Below, piece by piece: positions 55,879 through 64,000 of a stretch of DNA of 64,000 nt (positions are counted from its first letter, which is position 1; each line of letters opens with the position of its first letter). Source of the DNA: Minisyncoccota bacterium. Lineage in GTDB: Bacteria > Patescibacteriota > Minisyncoccia > Phycocordibacterales > Phycocordibacteraceae. The notes below the pieces were generated by a model that was not told where the DNA came from, did not search any database, and worked only from the letters and a program-made list of their open reading frames with translations. The position numbers and the translations under genes are program-made. The stretch spans positions 69,619 through 133,618 of the forward strand of contig DASPLK010000001.1 of assembly GCA_035627595.1 (NCBI GenBank), written 5' to 3'.

Positions 55879-56676
55879 ATGAGGAAATTTCACTACCTTA
55901 CCGCAAGCGCCGCAATCTTAATAGGTATTGCACTCATATTTAGTTGGATAATTGAATCCTTTCCATCCCCCGAACAGAAGGCACATGATTTAATTGTCGA
56001 TTTAAATGCAAAAGCCGGTCTTAAATCACAAATAGAAATATCTGCTGACGGAAATTCCAAAGAGACATATCGCGTTCAAAGAGTTGTGGATGGCGATACT
56101 CTTGTAGTTGATATAAGCGGCTCCGAAATAACGTTGCGGTTGATTGGTGTGAATACACCCGAAACAGTCGATCCTAGGAAGCCAGTGGAGTGTTTTGGAA
56201 AGGAAGCATCTGCACAAACTACTTCGTTGCTCGCAGGTCAGAATGTTCTACTAGGATTCGATAGTTCTCAAGGCAATTGGGATAAATATAATCGCCTGCT
56301 TACATATGTGTACCGCGAGGATGGTCTGTTCATCAACAAGTATCTAATCGAAAACGGGTATGGACACGAATACACATACAACACGCCATATAAGTTTCAA
56401 GAGGAATTTGATGAGGCAGAGGAATATGCTCGCGAAAATAAAAAAGGTTTATGGGCACCTGAAGCGTGTAAGGAGTTCGTAGAAACGCAAAACACAGGCA
56501 AAAGGACAGAGCCTATCGAAACAGACGGTCTTAGTTATACTTGCGCGGTAAATTCTTACAACTGCTCAGACTTTGAGAACAAAGCACAAGCTCAGAATAT
56601 TTATCTAGCGTGTGGCGGCTTGCAAGCTGATGTGCACAAATTAGATGCAGATAGAGATGGTGAAGCGTGCGAATAG
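55879..56676 (+). CDS. Membrane-anchored thermonuclease (SNase) with Excalibur-like Ca-binding tail
   Basis: VVDGDT, RLIGVNTPE, DKYNRLL.Y, KKGLW; YNCSDF...LDADRDGEACE; visibly AT-rich. Confidence 0.9.
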   Translation: MRKFHYLTASAAILIGIALIFSWIIESFPSPEQKAHDLIVDLNAKAGLKSQIEISADGNSKETYRVQRVVDGDTLVVDISGSEITLRLIGVNTPETVDPRKPVECFGKEASAQTTSLLAGQNVLLGFDSSQGNWDKYNRLLTYVYREDGLFINKYLIENGYGHEYTYNTPYKFQEEFDEAEEYARENKKGLWAPEACKEFVETQNTGKRTEPIETDGLSYTCAVNSYNCSDFENKAQAQNIYLACGGLQADVHKLDADRDGEACE

Positions 56677-56692
56677 TTGTATGCATCTAACT

Positions 56693-57283
56693 TCACGCAA
56701 TTTCTTCGAGCATTCGCTTCTCGACAACGTTCCAGTTAACATTCTGTAAAAAGGCATCTACATACGACATTTTTTCTGCAGGAACATAGTCGACCATGTA
56801 TGCATGCTCCCATAGGTCGACGGCAAGAACGATGGGAAGGCCTGCAAGCTGGCCAAGCTCATGATCGCCAACAAAAACCGTGTGGAGTGTTCGACCTGCC
56901 GGGTCGTAGTAGACAACGACCCATCCAATGCCACGGGTACCCGCTACTTCTTTCACGTGCGAGATAAACGCACTCCAATCTCCGTACTTATCGGTAATGG
57001 CGCTGGCTAGTGCGCCATCTTTTGGATACGCCTGGGCACCGCCTTCGAATTGTTCAAAATAGTATTCGTGCATGCGCATTCCATCGAACTCAAACGCAAA
57101 ACGCCGTCTCAATTCGCTAATGACGTACGCATTAGTTTCTGAGTCCTTTAATTCCTTAATTTGGGAGCGGATAAGGTTCACATGCTTCACATATCCTTCG
57201 TACAGGCCGAGGTGAACCTCCATCTGCTTCTGCGAGAGACCATCAAGCTGTGGGATGGTGAACGGGCGGGCAACGTATTCCAT
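56693..57283 (-). CDS. Fe/Mn superoxide dismutase family protein
   Basis: H..LY.GYV, HEYYF, GIGW, DLWEHAY. Confidence 0.9.
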   Translation of the reverse strand: MEYVARPFTIPQLDGLSQKQMEVHLGLYEGYVKHVNLIRSQIKELKDSETNAYVISELRRRFAFEFDGMRMHEYYFEQFEGGAQAYPKDGALASAITDKYGDWSAFISHVKEVAGTRGIGWVVVYYDPAGRTLHTVFVGDHELGQLAGLPIVLAVDLWEHAYMVDYVPAEKMSYVDAFLQNVNWNVVEKRMLEEIA

Positions 57284-57379
57284 ATAGGAAAATCATAGCA
57301 TTTCACTTATCCAGAAGTCGGGTTGCAATGCTCTGCACGAGTGGGAGAATATAAATACTTACTGTAATCGAACAGCTAT

Positions 57380-57796
57380 ATGAAGTTTGGTTTTGAAAGT
57401 TTTGGATTTGGAAAGAAGCCGGCAGCTGAGACTAATGAGATGGAACCGCAGGTGACTGATGAAGCTACCCGCACCCTCTTGGAGGGTAAGGTCCGCTCGA
57501 TGGTTTCGCAGACGCCCGAGCTCGCAGGTATTCTCGATGATTACGACATGCACCGCATCGCGAACTACGTTGCTATACAACAGGAGAAGACAGGTACTCC
57601 ATACACGGTTCAGATGATAGAAGAGGCCGGCTCGGAATTCGATGAGAATGTTCTTGCATCGATCCAAAATCGTGCCGCAGCAAAGCCTGGCTCAGGACCT
57701 GCCTACCGTGTCGTGGGTCCGGACGGGTTTGTCGCTGGACAGACTGATCACAAGAGCGATATCGGAAGGATGGCAGAAGAAGAACGCGCGCACTAG
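57380..57796 (+). CDS. Hypothetical protein
   Basis: 138-aa ORF with upstream TTGCAA...GAATAT promoter-like sequence and terminator at ~57816-57850. Confidence 0.65.
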   Translation: MKFGFESFGFGKKPAAETNEMEPQVTDEATRTLLEGKVRSMVSQTPELAGILDDYDMHRIANYVAIQQEKTGTPYTVQMIEEAGSEFDENVLASIQNRAAAKPGSGPAYRVVGPDGFVAGQTDHKSDIGRMAEEERAH

Positions 57797-57866
57797 AAAT
57801 TGTATAGATAAGAAGAAGGGGCGCTTGCGAGCAATCGCAAGCGCCCCTTTTTGCGCCCTGCCGTAC

Positions 57867-58115
57867 TTAGGCGAGGCGCGCGACGACTGGCCTAGATCGT
57901 TCGGCTTCTGCGAGAGCGAACCCAAGCATCACCCGCCGGTAGGCAGCGACCTTGTCAGGGCGGTCGATCCTTCTGGTCATGTCGTCCTCGATGTCTTGGC
58001 CCGGAAAGAACCCATCGTCGAGCTCTTTCAGTTGCCGTTTAGCATCGGCCTTGTGTCGACGGGGCGATGTCGCCCCCGGGACCTTCTTGCGGTTCAGTCC
58101 TCGTTTCAGCGCCAT
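57867..58115 (-). CDS. Small basic orphan protein
   Basis: 82 aa; GGTGG SD-like motif; converges on the shared terminator. Confidence 0.5.
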   Translation of the reverse strand: MALKRGLNRKKVPGATSPRRHKADAKRQLKELDDGFFPGQDIEDDMTRRIDRPDKVAAYRRVMLGFALAEAERSRPVVARLA

Positions 58116-58265
58116 CTTTCCACCACCACTTTTTGTTCAGGCGAACTGCAGTATGACACAATGTAAGGAATGTGCAAGTAGTGCGGCTCGCGGACGCTAA
58201 TATGGCCGCATAAATTATGAAAATTAACTACATAAAGCAAAAAGCCCCGTTTCCGGGGCCTTTAC

Positions 58266-58511
58266 TTATTTTAGGATGCCTACTTTCTTGAGGGTAGCGA
58301 ATGCACCGTTCTTCTTGATGGTGCGAAGTCCCTTGGTGGAGACATCTACAAGAACGGTCTTGGCGAGCTCGGGGACGAAAATGCGGCGCTTTTGAAGATT
58401 GGCCTGGCGGCGTACCTTACCCGTCGGATTAAACTGGGTAGCACGCGTCCGGTTCGAGTACCGTCCGCCAATCTGGGTGGTCTTTCCTGTAACTGCGCAG
58501 CTTCGTGCCAT
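58266..58511 (-). CDS. rpmB: 50S ribosomal protein L28
   Basis: MARSCAVTGK...RRQANLQKRRI...VSTKGLRTIKK. Confidence 0.93.
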   Translation of the reverse strand: MARSCAVTGKTTQIGGRYSNRTRATQFNPTGKVRRQANLQKRRIFVPELAKTVLVDVSTKGLRTIKKNGAFATLKKVGILK

Positions 58512-58542
58512 AGTTCCAGGATGTTACCATAGCCGTATCCTT

Positions 58543-59184
58543 ATGCAACCTGAACTCGCCTTGATGGTTTTCACCATCGTCATCCTTATTTTCTCAGTCA
58601 TCCTCCACGAGGTGGCCCACGGTTACGCCGCTAATTGGCTCGGTGACAAGACCGCAAAGCTAGCTGGCCGCCTTACCCTAAACCCGCTTCCTCATATCGA
58701 CCCGATTGGATCCGTCTTTATTCCAGCCCTTCTGGTACTTACAAATGCTGGTTTTATGTTCGGTTGGGCGAAACCAGTACCTTACAATCCATACAATCTG
58801 CGTAACCAACGCTGGGGAGAGGCATTCGTCGCTGCCGCTGGCGTTCTCACGAACTTGTTCATTGCAGTCCTGTTCGCTGTTATCTTCCGCATTGCGGACG
58901 CGCAGGGCGCAGATATGTTCGGAATGCTTGCGGCACTCGTCTGTATGGTCAACCTGTTCCTCGGCCTTTTCAACCTTATCCCGATACCACCTCTAGATGG
59001 CTTTGGTGTACTCCGCGGCCTAGCTCCTGTGCGTATGGGCATGTGGCTTCGTGATATAGAGGAAAAAGTACACCGCATGGGCATCCTGTCGCTCTTTCTA
59101 GTGCTATTCCTATTTATGTATGTCTTGTCTACGCCTTTCTACTGGCTTGTACAGTTAGTGGCGGGGATTCTCTTGGGGCAATAG
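58543..59184 (+). CDS. Site-2 (M50) membrane metalloprotease
   Basis: HEVAH, GRLTLNP, GWAKPVP, FNLIPIPPLDG. Confidence 0.94.
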   Translation: MQPELALMVFTIVILIFSVILHEVAHGYAANWLGDKTAKLAGRLTLNPLPHIDPIGSVFIPALLVLTNAGFMFGWAKPVPYNPYNLRNQRWGEAFVAAAGVLTNLFIAVLFAVIFRIADAQGADMFGMLAALVCMVNLFLGLFNLIPIPPLDGFGVLRGLAPVRMGMWLRDIEEKVHRMGILSLFLVLFLFMYVLSTPFYWLVQLVAGILLGQ

Positions 59185-59210
59185 CTGAGTTCCGGGCTAT
59201 GATGGATCTT

Positions 59211-59459
59211 ATGAAGCCTCGAACTAATGTATTCATAGAGTATCTCGGTTGGTATGGCGCAATTGCGATAGTTACTGCCTATGGGCTCTATGCATTTGGC
59301 GTATGGGAAGCGGATAACATCTGGTACCACCTACTCAACCTCACGGGCGCAACTGGAATTATCGTAGTCTCAATCTATAAGAAGGCATGGCAGCCTGCTG
59401 TTGTGAATGTGATGTGGGTGGCACTCGCTGCGTACGCACTGTACGTATATCTGATATAG
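59211..59459 (+). CDS. Small three-TM protein (CBU_0592/SemiSWEET-like)
   Basis: GWYGA..I..AY, YHLLNL.GA, K.AWQPAVVNVMW; start uncertain. Confidence 0.7.
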   Translation: MKPRTNVFIEYLGWYGAIAIVTAYGLYAFGVWEADNIWYHLLNLTGATGIIVVSIYKKAWQPAVVNVMWVALAAYALYVYLI

Positions 59460-59543
59460 GTCGGTCCTAACTAAAGATTTGCATTTATTTACTAGCTCCT
59501 ATATATTGCTGAGGACTCCCACGGGGGAGTTTTCATTTACGAA

Positions 59544-59954
59544 ATGGCCACAATCAACCAGCTATCCAAGAAGCCTCGCTCAAGCAAGGCCCGCAAGACC
59601 AAGGTAGTCGCCCTGGGTCGCGGCTTTAACACACTTAAGAACCGCCCGACCTTCTATCCGGCGCCGTTCAAGCGTGGCGTGTGCACCAAGGTGACCACCA
59701 AGACCCCCCGTAAGCCTAACTCCGCTATCCGTAAGATTGCCCGTGTCCGCCTCACCAACGGCATGGAAGTAACCGCCTACATCCCGGGCGAGGGCCACAA
59801 CCTCCAGGAGCACTCCGTCGTGCTTCTGCGCGGTGGCCGCGTGAAGGATATCGGTGTCCAGTACACTGTTGTGCGCGGTAAGCTCGATGCTGCTGGCGTA
59901 GACAAGCGCCGCCGTGGCCGCTCCCGTTACGGTGCTAAGAAGCCTAAGGCCTAA
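59544..59954 (+). CDS. rpsL: 30S ribosomal protein S12
   Basis: [38 protein letters not shown]. Confidence 0.98.
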   Translation: MATINQLSKKPRSSKARKTKVVALGRGFNTLKNRPTFYPAPFKRGVCTKVTTKTPRKPNSAIRKIARVRLTNGMEVTAYIPGEGHNLQEHSVVLLRGGRVKDIGVQYTVVRGKLDAAGVDKRRRGRSRYGAKKPKA

Positions 59955-59959
59955 TATTT

Positions 59960-60430
59960 ATGCGCCACCCTATCAAGAACAAGCCTGTCCGCCGCCCGGA
60001 CATTCAGTACAAGTCGGAGGCTATCTCCCGCTTTATAAATACCGTAATGCTCGATGGTAAGAAGGACACTGCCCGCAAGGTTGTCTACGATGCCCTCGAT
60101 CTCATTGCTGCGCAGGAAGGTAACCCGGATCCGCTTGAGACCTTCGAGACTGCTATTCGCAACGTCGCTCCTTTGATGGAAGTCCGTTCTCGCCGCGTCG
60201 GTGGTGCAAACTACCAGGTGCCGCGCGAGGTTCCTCAGCAGCGCCGTGTATCGCTCGCATACCGTTGGCTCATCAATGCCGCTCGCGCAAAGAAGGGCAA
60301 GCCGATGGCGCAGAAACTCGCTGATGAGATCATGCTCGCCGTTAAGAACGAAGGCTCCGCTATCAAGAAGAAGGACGACATGCACCGCATGGCCGAGGCC
60401 AACAAGGCATTCGCCCACTTCGCCTGGTAA
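59960..60430 (+). CDS. rpsG: 30S ribosomal protein S7
   Basis: DGKK, SRRVGGANYQVP, HRMAEANKAFAHF. Confidence 0.98.
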   Translation: MRHPIKNKPVRRPDIQYKSEAISRFINTVMLDGKKDTARKVVYDALDLIAAQEGNPDPLETFETAIRNVAPLMEVRSRRVGGANYQVPREVPQQRRVSLAYRWLINAARAKKGKPMAQKLADEIMLAVKNEGSAIKKKDDMHRMAEANKAFAHFAW

Positions 60431-60435
60431 GAAGG

Positions 60436-60457
60436 ACCGCCCGAAAGGGCGGTTTTT
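60436..60457 (+). terminator. Intrinsic terminator directly after rpsG
   Basis: ACCGCCC-GAAA-GGGCGGT-TTTT. Confidence 0.85.
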
Positions 60458-60473
60458 CGTTATACTGTCTGTA

Positions 60474-61082
60474 ATGAAGCACCCACGTCTTTGGATAGGT
60501 TGCCTCGTTCTTCTAATCGCCACAGGAAGCGCTATGTATCTCCACATGGCACGCGAAGTAGAGGTCGAGGTGCAGCCAACTCCAATTGCGCCTGAAGCCG
60601 TAGAGCAAGGGGCTATGCAGGTAGGGCAAGCTCCAGTGCAGGCTGTATCGCTTGCTGAGATGACCCCGCAGCATGTGACCGTCACCGGCAATACCGTACG
60701 CGTAGAGAAAGACAATCTCGAATTCGTCATCCCAGAAGGATTTAAGGTGACGCGTCTGTCTGGCTCGGATGATAGAACCCCACCGATGGTCGTGATTGAC
60801 CTAGAGAAGGATGGCAAGGAGATATCAGTGTTGGTTAACTATCCGGGCGAGTTCTACGGCGACATAGAAGAAATTGAATTGTCCGTAGAAAGCGAGGAAA
60901 AGACTGCCTGGCAACGTCCGAGCGTCCATCATCAAGCAGCAGGGCCATTTGATGTGTCATGGGGTAACGTGCGTGTCGTAGAGGATACATCGCGGTATCT
61001 CACCGTTATGTTCAAAGGCTACGCGCCAGAAGATAGGACGGCGTTTGAAGCGCTCATAGATTCGTTACGCTACGCGCCATAG
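60474..61082 (+). CDS. Membrane-anchored hypothetical protein (PsbP-like C-terminal pattern possible)
   Basis: N-terminal TM; FVIPEGF...FEALIDSLRY; TATACT -10 7 nt upstream. Confidence 0.7.
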   Translation: MKHPRLWIGCLVLLIATGSAMYLHMAREVEVEVQPTPIAPEAVEQGAMQVGQAPVQAVSLAEMTPQHVTVTGNTVRVEKDNLEFVIPEGFKVTRLSGSDDRTPPMVVIDLEKDGKEISVLVNYPGEFYGDIEEIELSVESEEKTAWQRPSVHHQAAGPFDVSWGNVRVVEDTSRYLTVMFKGYAPEDRTAFEALIDSLRYAP

Positions 61083-61134
61083 GCACAAAGAAAGCGCCGC
61101 TGGGGAAACCGAGCGGCGTTTTCATTGGTCCGGG

Positions 61135-61422
61135 TCAGTGAGGCAGTATTTCCTGAGTAACATCACGAAACCCAAAGCGGGAAAGATCAATATCTCTGTA
61201 CGCAACCCAGACAACATCTGAGTGCGGGACATACGCGAACGTTGCTTCCATGCGCAGCTTAGATGCCCGGCAGAATACGGGTGTTTCATCTCCGCGCCTA
61301 CTCGCTTCTCTCAGTCGGCGCAATGAATGCTTTAGTTCGTACGACTCAAAATGTTCATCCCGTAAGACTTCCTCGGGATCAGGCATTGCGGCATGTCCCA
61401 TGGGGAGCTCCTCTTCTTCCAT
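61135..61422 (-). CDS. Hypothetical protein
   Basis: 95-aa ORF converging on the hairpin at ~61091-61123. Confidence 0.5.
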   Translation of the reverse strand: MEEEELPMGHAAMPDPEEVLRDEHFESYELKHSLRRLREASRRGDETPVFCRASKLRMEATFAYVPHSDVVWVAYRDIDLSRFGFRDVTQEILPH

Positions 61423-61530
61423 ATAAATAGACGATGCAGGCGAGCATGGGTTACCTTTTTCTTTCAATTGGGGTTATGGTATGCGGGACCTAGGGCGAAC
61501 GTGCCCGGGATGGTCTTTGGAGACTCAGTT

Positions 61531-62412
61531 ATGGAAACCCTTCGACTTGGCCTGCATAGGCCGTCGGGGGAGATCCCCGGCGGCCAGACGATCAAGAAGT
61601 ACGTGCGCATTCGCGTCGCGAATGCGCAGTGCTACGGATACCTCGGTGAGGAGCTCAAGAACGCGAGCTTCCTGCTGTTCGGCGAGACAGTGCCTCTGCT
61701 GGATGATACGGGATCCCTGTTCAAGATCCTCGTGTTCGGAAAGTATGAGGAGCTCATTCCTCCCGCCTGCGTTACCGATGAACTTATCGAATCCACGCAC
61801 TACATATCCGTGCCCTACGCCCGCGTGGTGGAGAGTGAGGACGTGAAGTCATCGCGTGAGATCAAGAAGCTCGGCAGCGAATACCTCCGCTTCACCTCGC
61901 CGGTACGCGTGGTGAAGGAAGCAGACCGCGGCACCGGCAGGCACGTGCTTGTCGAGGGTGCGGGGTGGATACCGGCGAACGCTGTTCGAGAGATCGGCGA
62001 CCACTTCCCGGACTTCGTCGAGGTCGTGGGCATGCTTATGCCTTCAAGCGTCTATGGTCATGGCGAGCGCGGCGGTTTGGCAGGCGATTGCTCGTCCGTC
62101 ATCCAGTCAGCGTGCTTGGTCTGCGGCATACCCTGCCCGCGCATTGCGGGAGACATCGCCAAGGAGTTCGGCATCCCTGTGTCGCTTTCGGCGCTTGATG
62201 GCGACCTTCGTTGCGGCGATATAGTCTGCTGGTCAGGGCACGTTGGCGTCATGCTAGACGCCACGACCATACGCCACTCGTCCGAATGGACGATGGGTCT
62301 CGCGGAGGAACCTCTCCGCGACCTCATCGCCCGCAGGCGGGAGCACGAGCCTCCCGGCAAGAGGGAAGTCACCGCCATCAGGCGTTGGCCCTTCTACAAA
62401 CCACTCCCTTAA
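61531..62412 (+). CDS. NlpC/P60 (C40) cell-wall peptidase with SH3b-like N-region
   Basis: GDCSSVIQ (catalytic Cys), GDIVCW.GHVGV, third His; LLFGE and GWIP SH3-like remnants; no signal peptide. Confidence 0.82.
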   Translation: METLRLGLHRPSGEIPGGQTIKKYVRIRVANAQCYGYLGEELKNASFLLFGETVPLLDDTGSLFKILVFGKYEELIPPACVTDELIESTHYISVPYARVVESEDVKSSREIKKLGSEYLRFTSPVRVVKEADRGTGRHVLVEGAGWIPANAVREIGDHFPDFVEVVGMLMPSSVYGHGERGGLAGDCSSVIQSACLVCGIPCPRIAGDIAKEFGIPVSLSALDGDLRCGDIVCWSGHVGVMLDATTIRHSSEWTMGLAEEPLRDLIARRREHEPPGKREVTAIRRWPFYKPLP

Positions 62413-62535
62413 GCGGGGAAAGGGCGCGGACCATTCGTTCCGCGCCCTTTTTGCACATTGCAGAGGGCGCAACTGCATGATTAAGTACGTCCTTGTGCCT
62501 GGCGAATGGTCGCTCGGGCACATGGGGAGGTCGAA

Positions 62536-62760
62536 ATGAAACGGCAAACGATCAAATTGCTCACCTGGATCTTCCTGGGCCTCGGGGCCGTCCTCGCAGG
62601 CTCGGGCATTCTCGGCTGGAATCTGCCCGATGTGATGGGTGCGAACGGCGATTGGGTGCCCGGTGTGTCAGCTGGCTACACGGCCATCGGCATCTTCCTG
62701 TTCGGCATGGCGGTGATGGGCATCCTGCTCCTCGCTTTCAACAAGGTTCCGCGAACCTGA
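62536..62760 (+). CDS. Small two-TM orphan protein
   Basis: 74 aa; GGGAGG SD; terminator hairpin at ~62779-62813. Confidence 0.65.
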   Translation: MKRQTIKLLTWIFLGLGAVLAGSGILGWNLPDVMGANGDWVPGVSAGYTAIGIFLFGMAVMGILLLAFNKVPRT

Positions 62761-62894
62761 GGATTCGAATGTTTTCTCAAGGCCCGCCGTTGCGTGATGC
62801 GCGGCGGGCCTTTCTGTATATTCTTGCGTTTTTCACCCCAAAACCGTATCGTATCGGTAACGCCTCCGCGGCTTTTATTTTTATTCCAAGCTAT

Positions 62895-64000
62895 ATGCAA
62901 CGCGATTATCCTCTTGAGAAAGTGCGCAACTTCGGCATCGTCGCCCACGTCGACGCCGGAAAGACCACCACGTCTGAGCGAGTGCTCTACTACACAGGCT
63001 CCCAGCATAAGATCGGCGAGGTCCATGAGGGCGAGACCACGACCGACTGGATGGAACAGGAGCGCGAGCGCGGCATCACCATTACTGCAGCTGCCATTAC
63101 CTGTTTTTGGTCTAAGACCAAGGAGGAGGACAAGAAGGATGCTTCCAAGAAGTACCGCTTCAATGTTATCGATACCCCAGGGCACATCGACTTCACAGCG
63201 GAGGTGAAGCGTTCGATGCGTGTGCTCGACGGTGCAGTCGTCGTCTTTGACGGCGTTGCCGGCGTTGAGCCGCAGTCAGAGACTAACTGGCGTCTTGCCG
63301 ACGAGGCAGGTGTGCCGCGTATTTGTTTCATTAACAAGCTCGATCGTACCGGCGCATCCTTCGAGAACTCGTATAAGTCTATTCTCGAACGCTTGTCCAA
63401 GAATGCCGTACGCATGCAGATCCCGATCGGTGCAGAGGGCGACTTCGAGGGTGTCGTCGACCTTCTCGAGAGGAAGGCGTATCGCTTCGAGGGCAAGATG
63501 GGTGATGAGGTGATTCCGGGTGATTACCCAGAGAGCATGAAGGATGATGTCGAGACCTATCGTGCTGAGCTCGTCGAGCGCATTGTCGAGCATGATGAGG
63601 CGCAGATGGCAGCCTTCTTCGAGGGCAACGAGCCTTCAGTAGAGGAACTTAAGGCAACGCTCCGCAAGGCAGTCATTGCTAACCAGATCTTCCCGGTCTA
63701 CACCGGTTCTGCACTTAAGAACAAGGGTGTGCAGCTCGTTCTGGACGCGGTCGTTGACTACCTCCCCTCTCCTGTGGATTTGCCTCCAGTTAAGGGTATT
63801 AACCCAAAGACCGGAGAAGAGGTTGAGCGCGCAGCATCTGATTCAGAGCCGTTTACCGCGCTCGCTTTCAAGCTCCAGACCGACCCGTTCGTCGGAGCAC
63901 TTACCTTCTTCCGCGTATACGCGGGCTCTGTTACAGCAGGCTCGTACGTCTACAACGCGAACACCGGTAACAAGGAGCGCGTGGGCCGTATCGTGCGCCT
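62895..64000 (+). CDS. fusA: Elongation factor G (partial, runs off the window)
   Basis: MQRDYPLEKVRNFGIVAHVDAGKTTTSER, QERERGITI, IDTPGHIDF, INKLDR, GSALKNKG; not in the ORF track because it has no stop codon in the window. Confidence 0.97.
   Translation, partial: MQRDYPLEKVRNFGIVAHVDAGKTTTSERVLYYTGSQHKIGEVHEGETTTDWMEQERERGITITAAAITCFWSKTKEEDKKDASKKYRFNVIDTPGHIDFTAEVKRSMRVLDGAVVVFDGVAGVEPQSETNWRLADEAGVPRICFINKLDRTGASFENSYKSILERLSKNAVRMQIPIGAEGDFEGVVDLLERKAYRFEGKMGDEVIPGDYPESMKDDVETYRAELVERIVEHDEAQMAAFFEGNEPSVEELKATLRKAVIANQIFPVYTGSALKNKGVQLVLDAVVDYLPSPVDLPPVKGINPKTGEEVERAASDSEPFTALAFKLQTDPFVGALTFFRVYAGSVTAGSYVYNANTGNKERVGRIVR

Noticed and set aside
1-64000. Alternative genetic code (UGA=Gly, as in Gracilibacteria/Absconditabacteria)
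   Set aside because: Conserved genes are full length under code 11, and several (yebC, rsmA, pcrA, rnhA) end at TGA at the expected position.

Overview
This is a compact, core-chromosomal window from a Patescibacteria (CPR) genome, most consistent with Parcubacteria, using standard code 11. The lineage call rests on a short YebC, a PrgI/split-VirB4/VirB6/pilin cluster, a 'DPYREP'-ending protein, an S12 'VKDIGV' variant and SD-less genes. The window spans the origin region (dnaN-oriC-dnaA / rpmH-rnpA-yidC), an 11-gene relaxase-less T4SS-like cluster (7.9-20 kb), rsmA/pcrA, cell-wall enzymes, four CCA-less tRNAs, rarA/HU/rny/clpP/ppa/nusA, a type IV pilus locus (43.6-50.8 kb), tpiA-pgk, recJ/rnhA/nuclease/SOD and an interrupted rpsL-rpsG...fusA operon. 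The strongest unexplained signal is at 30.3-32.0 kb: about ten parS-like palindromes (five inside the CCA-adding enzyme gene), an apparently undescribed ~300-nt multi-domain structured RNA whose central helix is built from two of them, and a four-copy GGACAT operator-like array. Other notable points are pervasive leaderless gene architecture, an unannotated 48-aa hyperacidic microprotein, a lone lysA 2 nt downstream of a tRNA, and a natural S12 K43R plus one-residue deletion. All calls were made by eye; no databases or folding programs were run.
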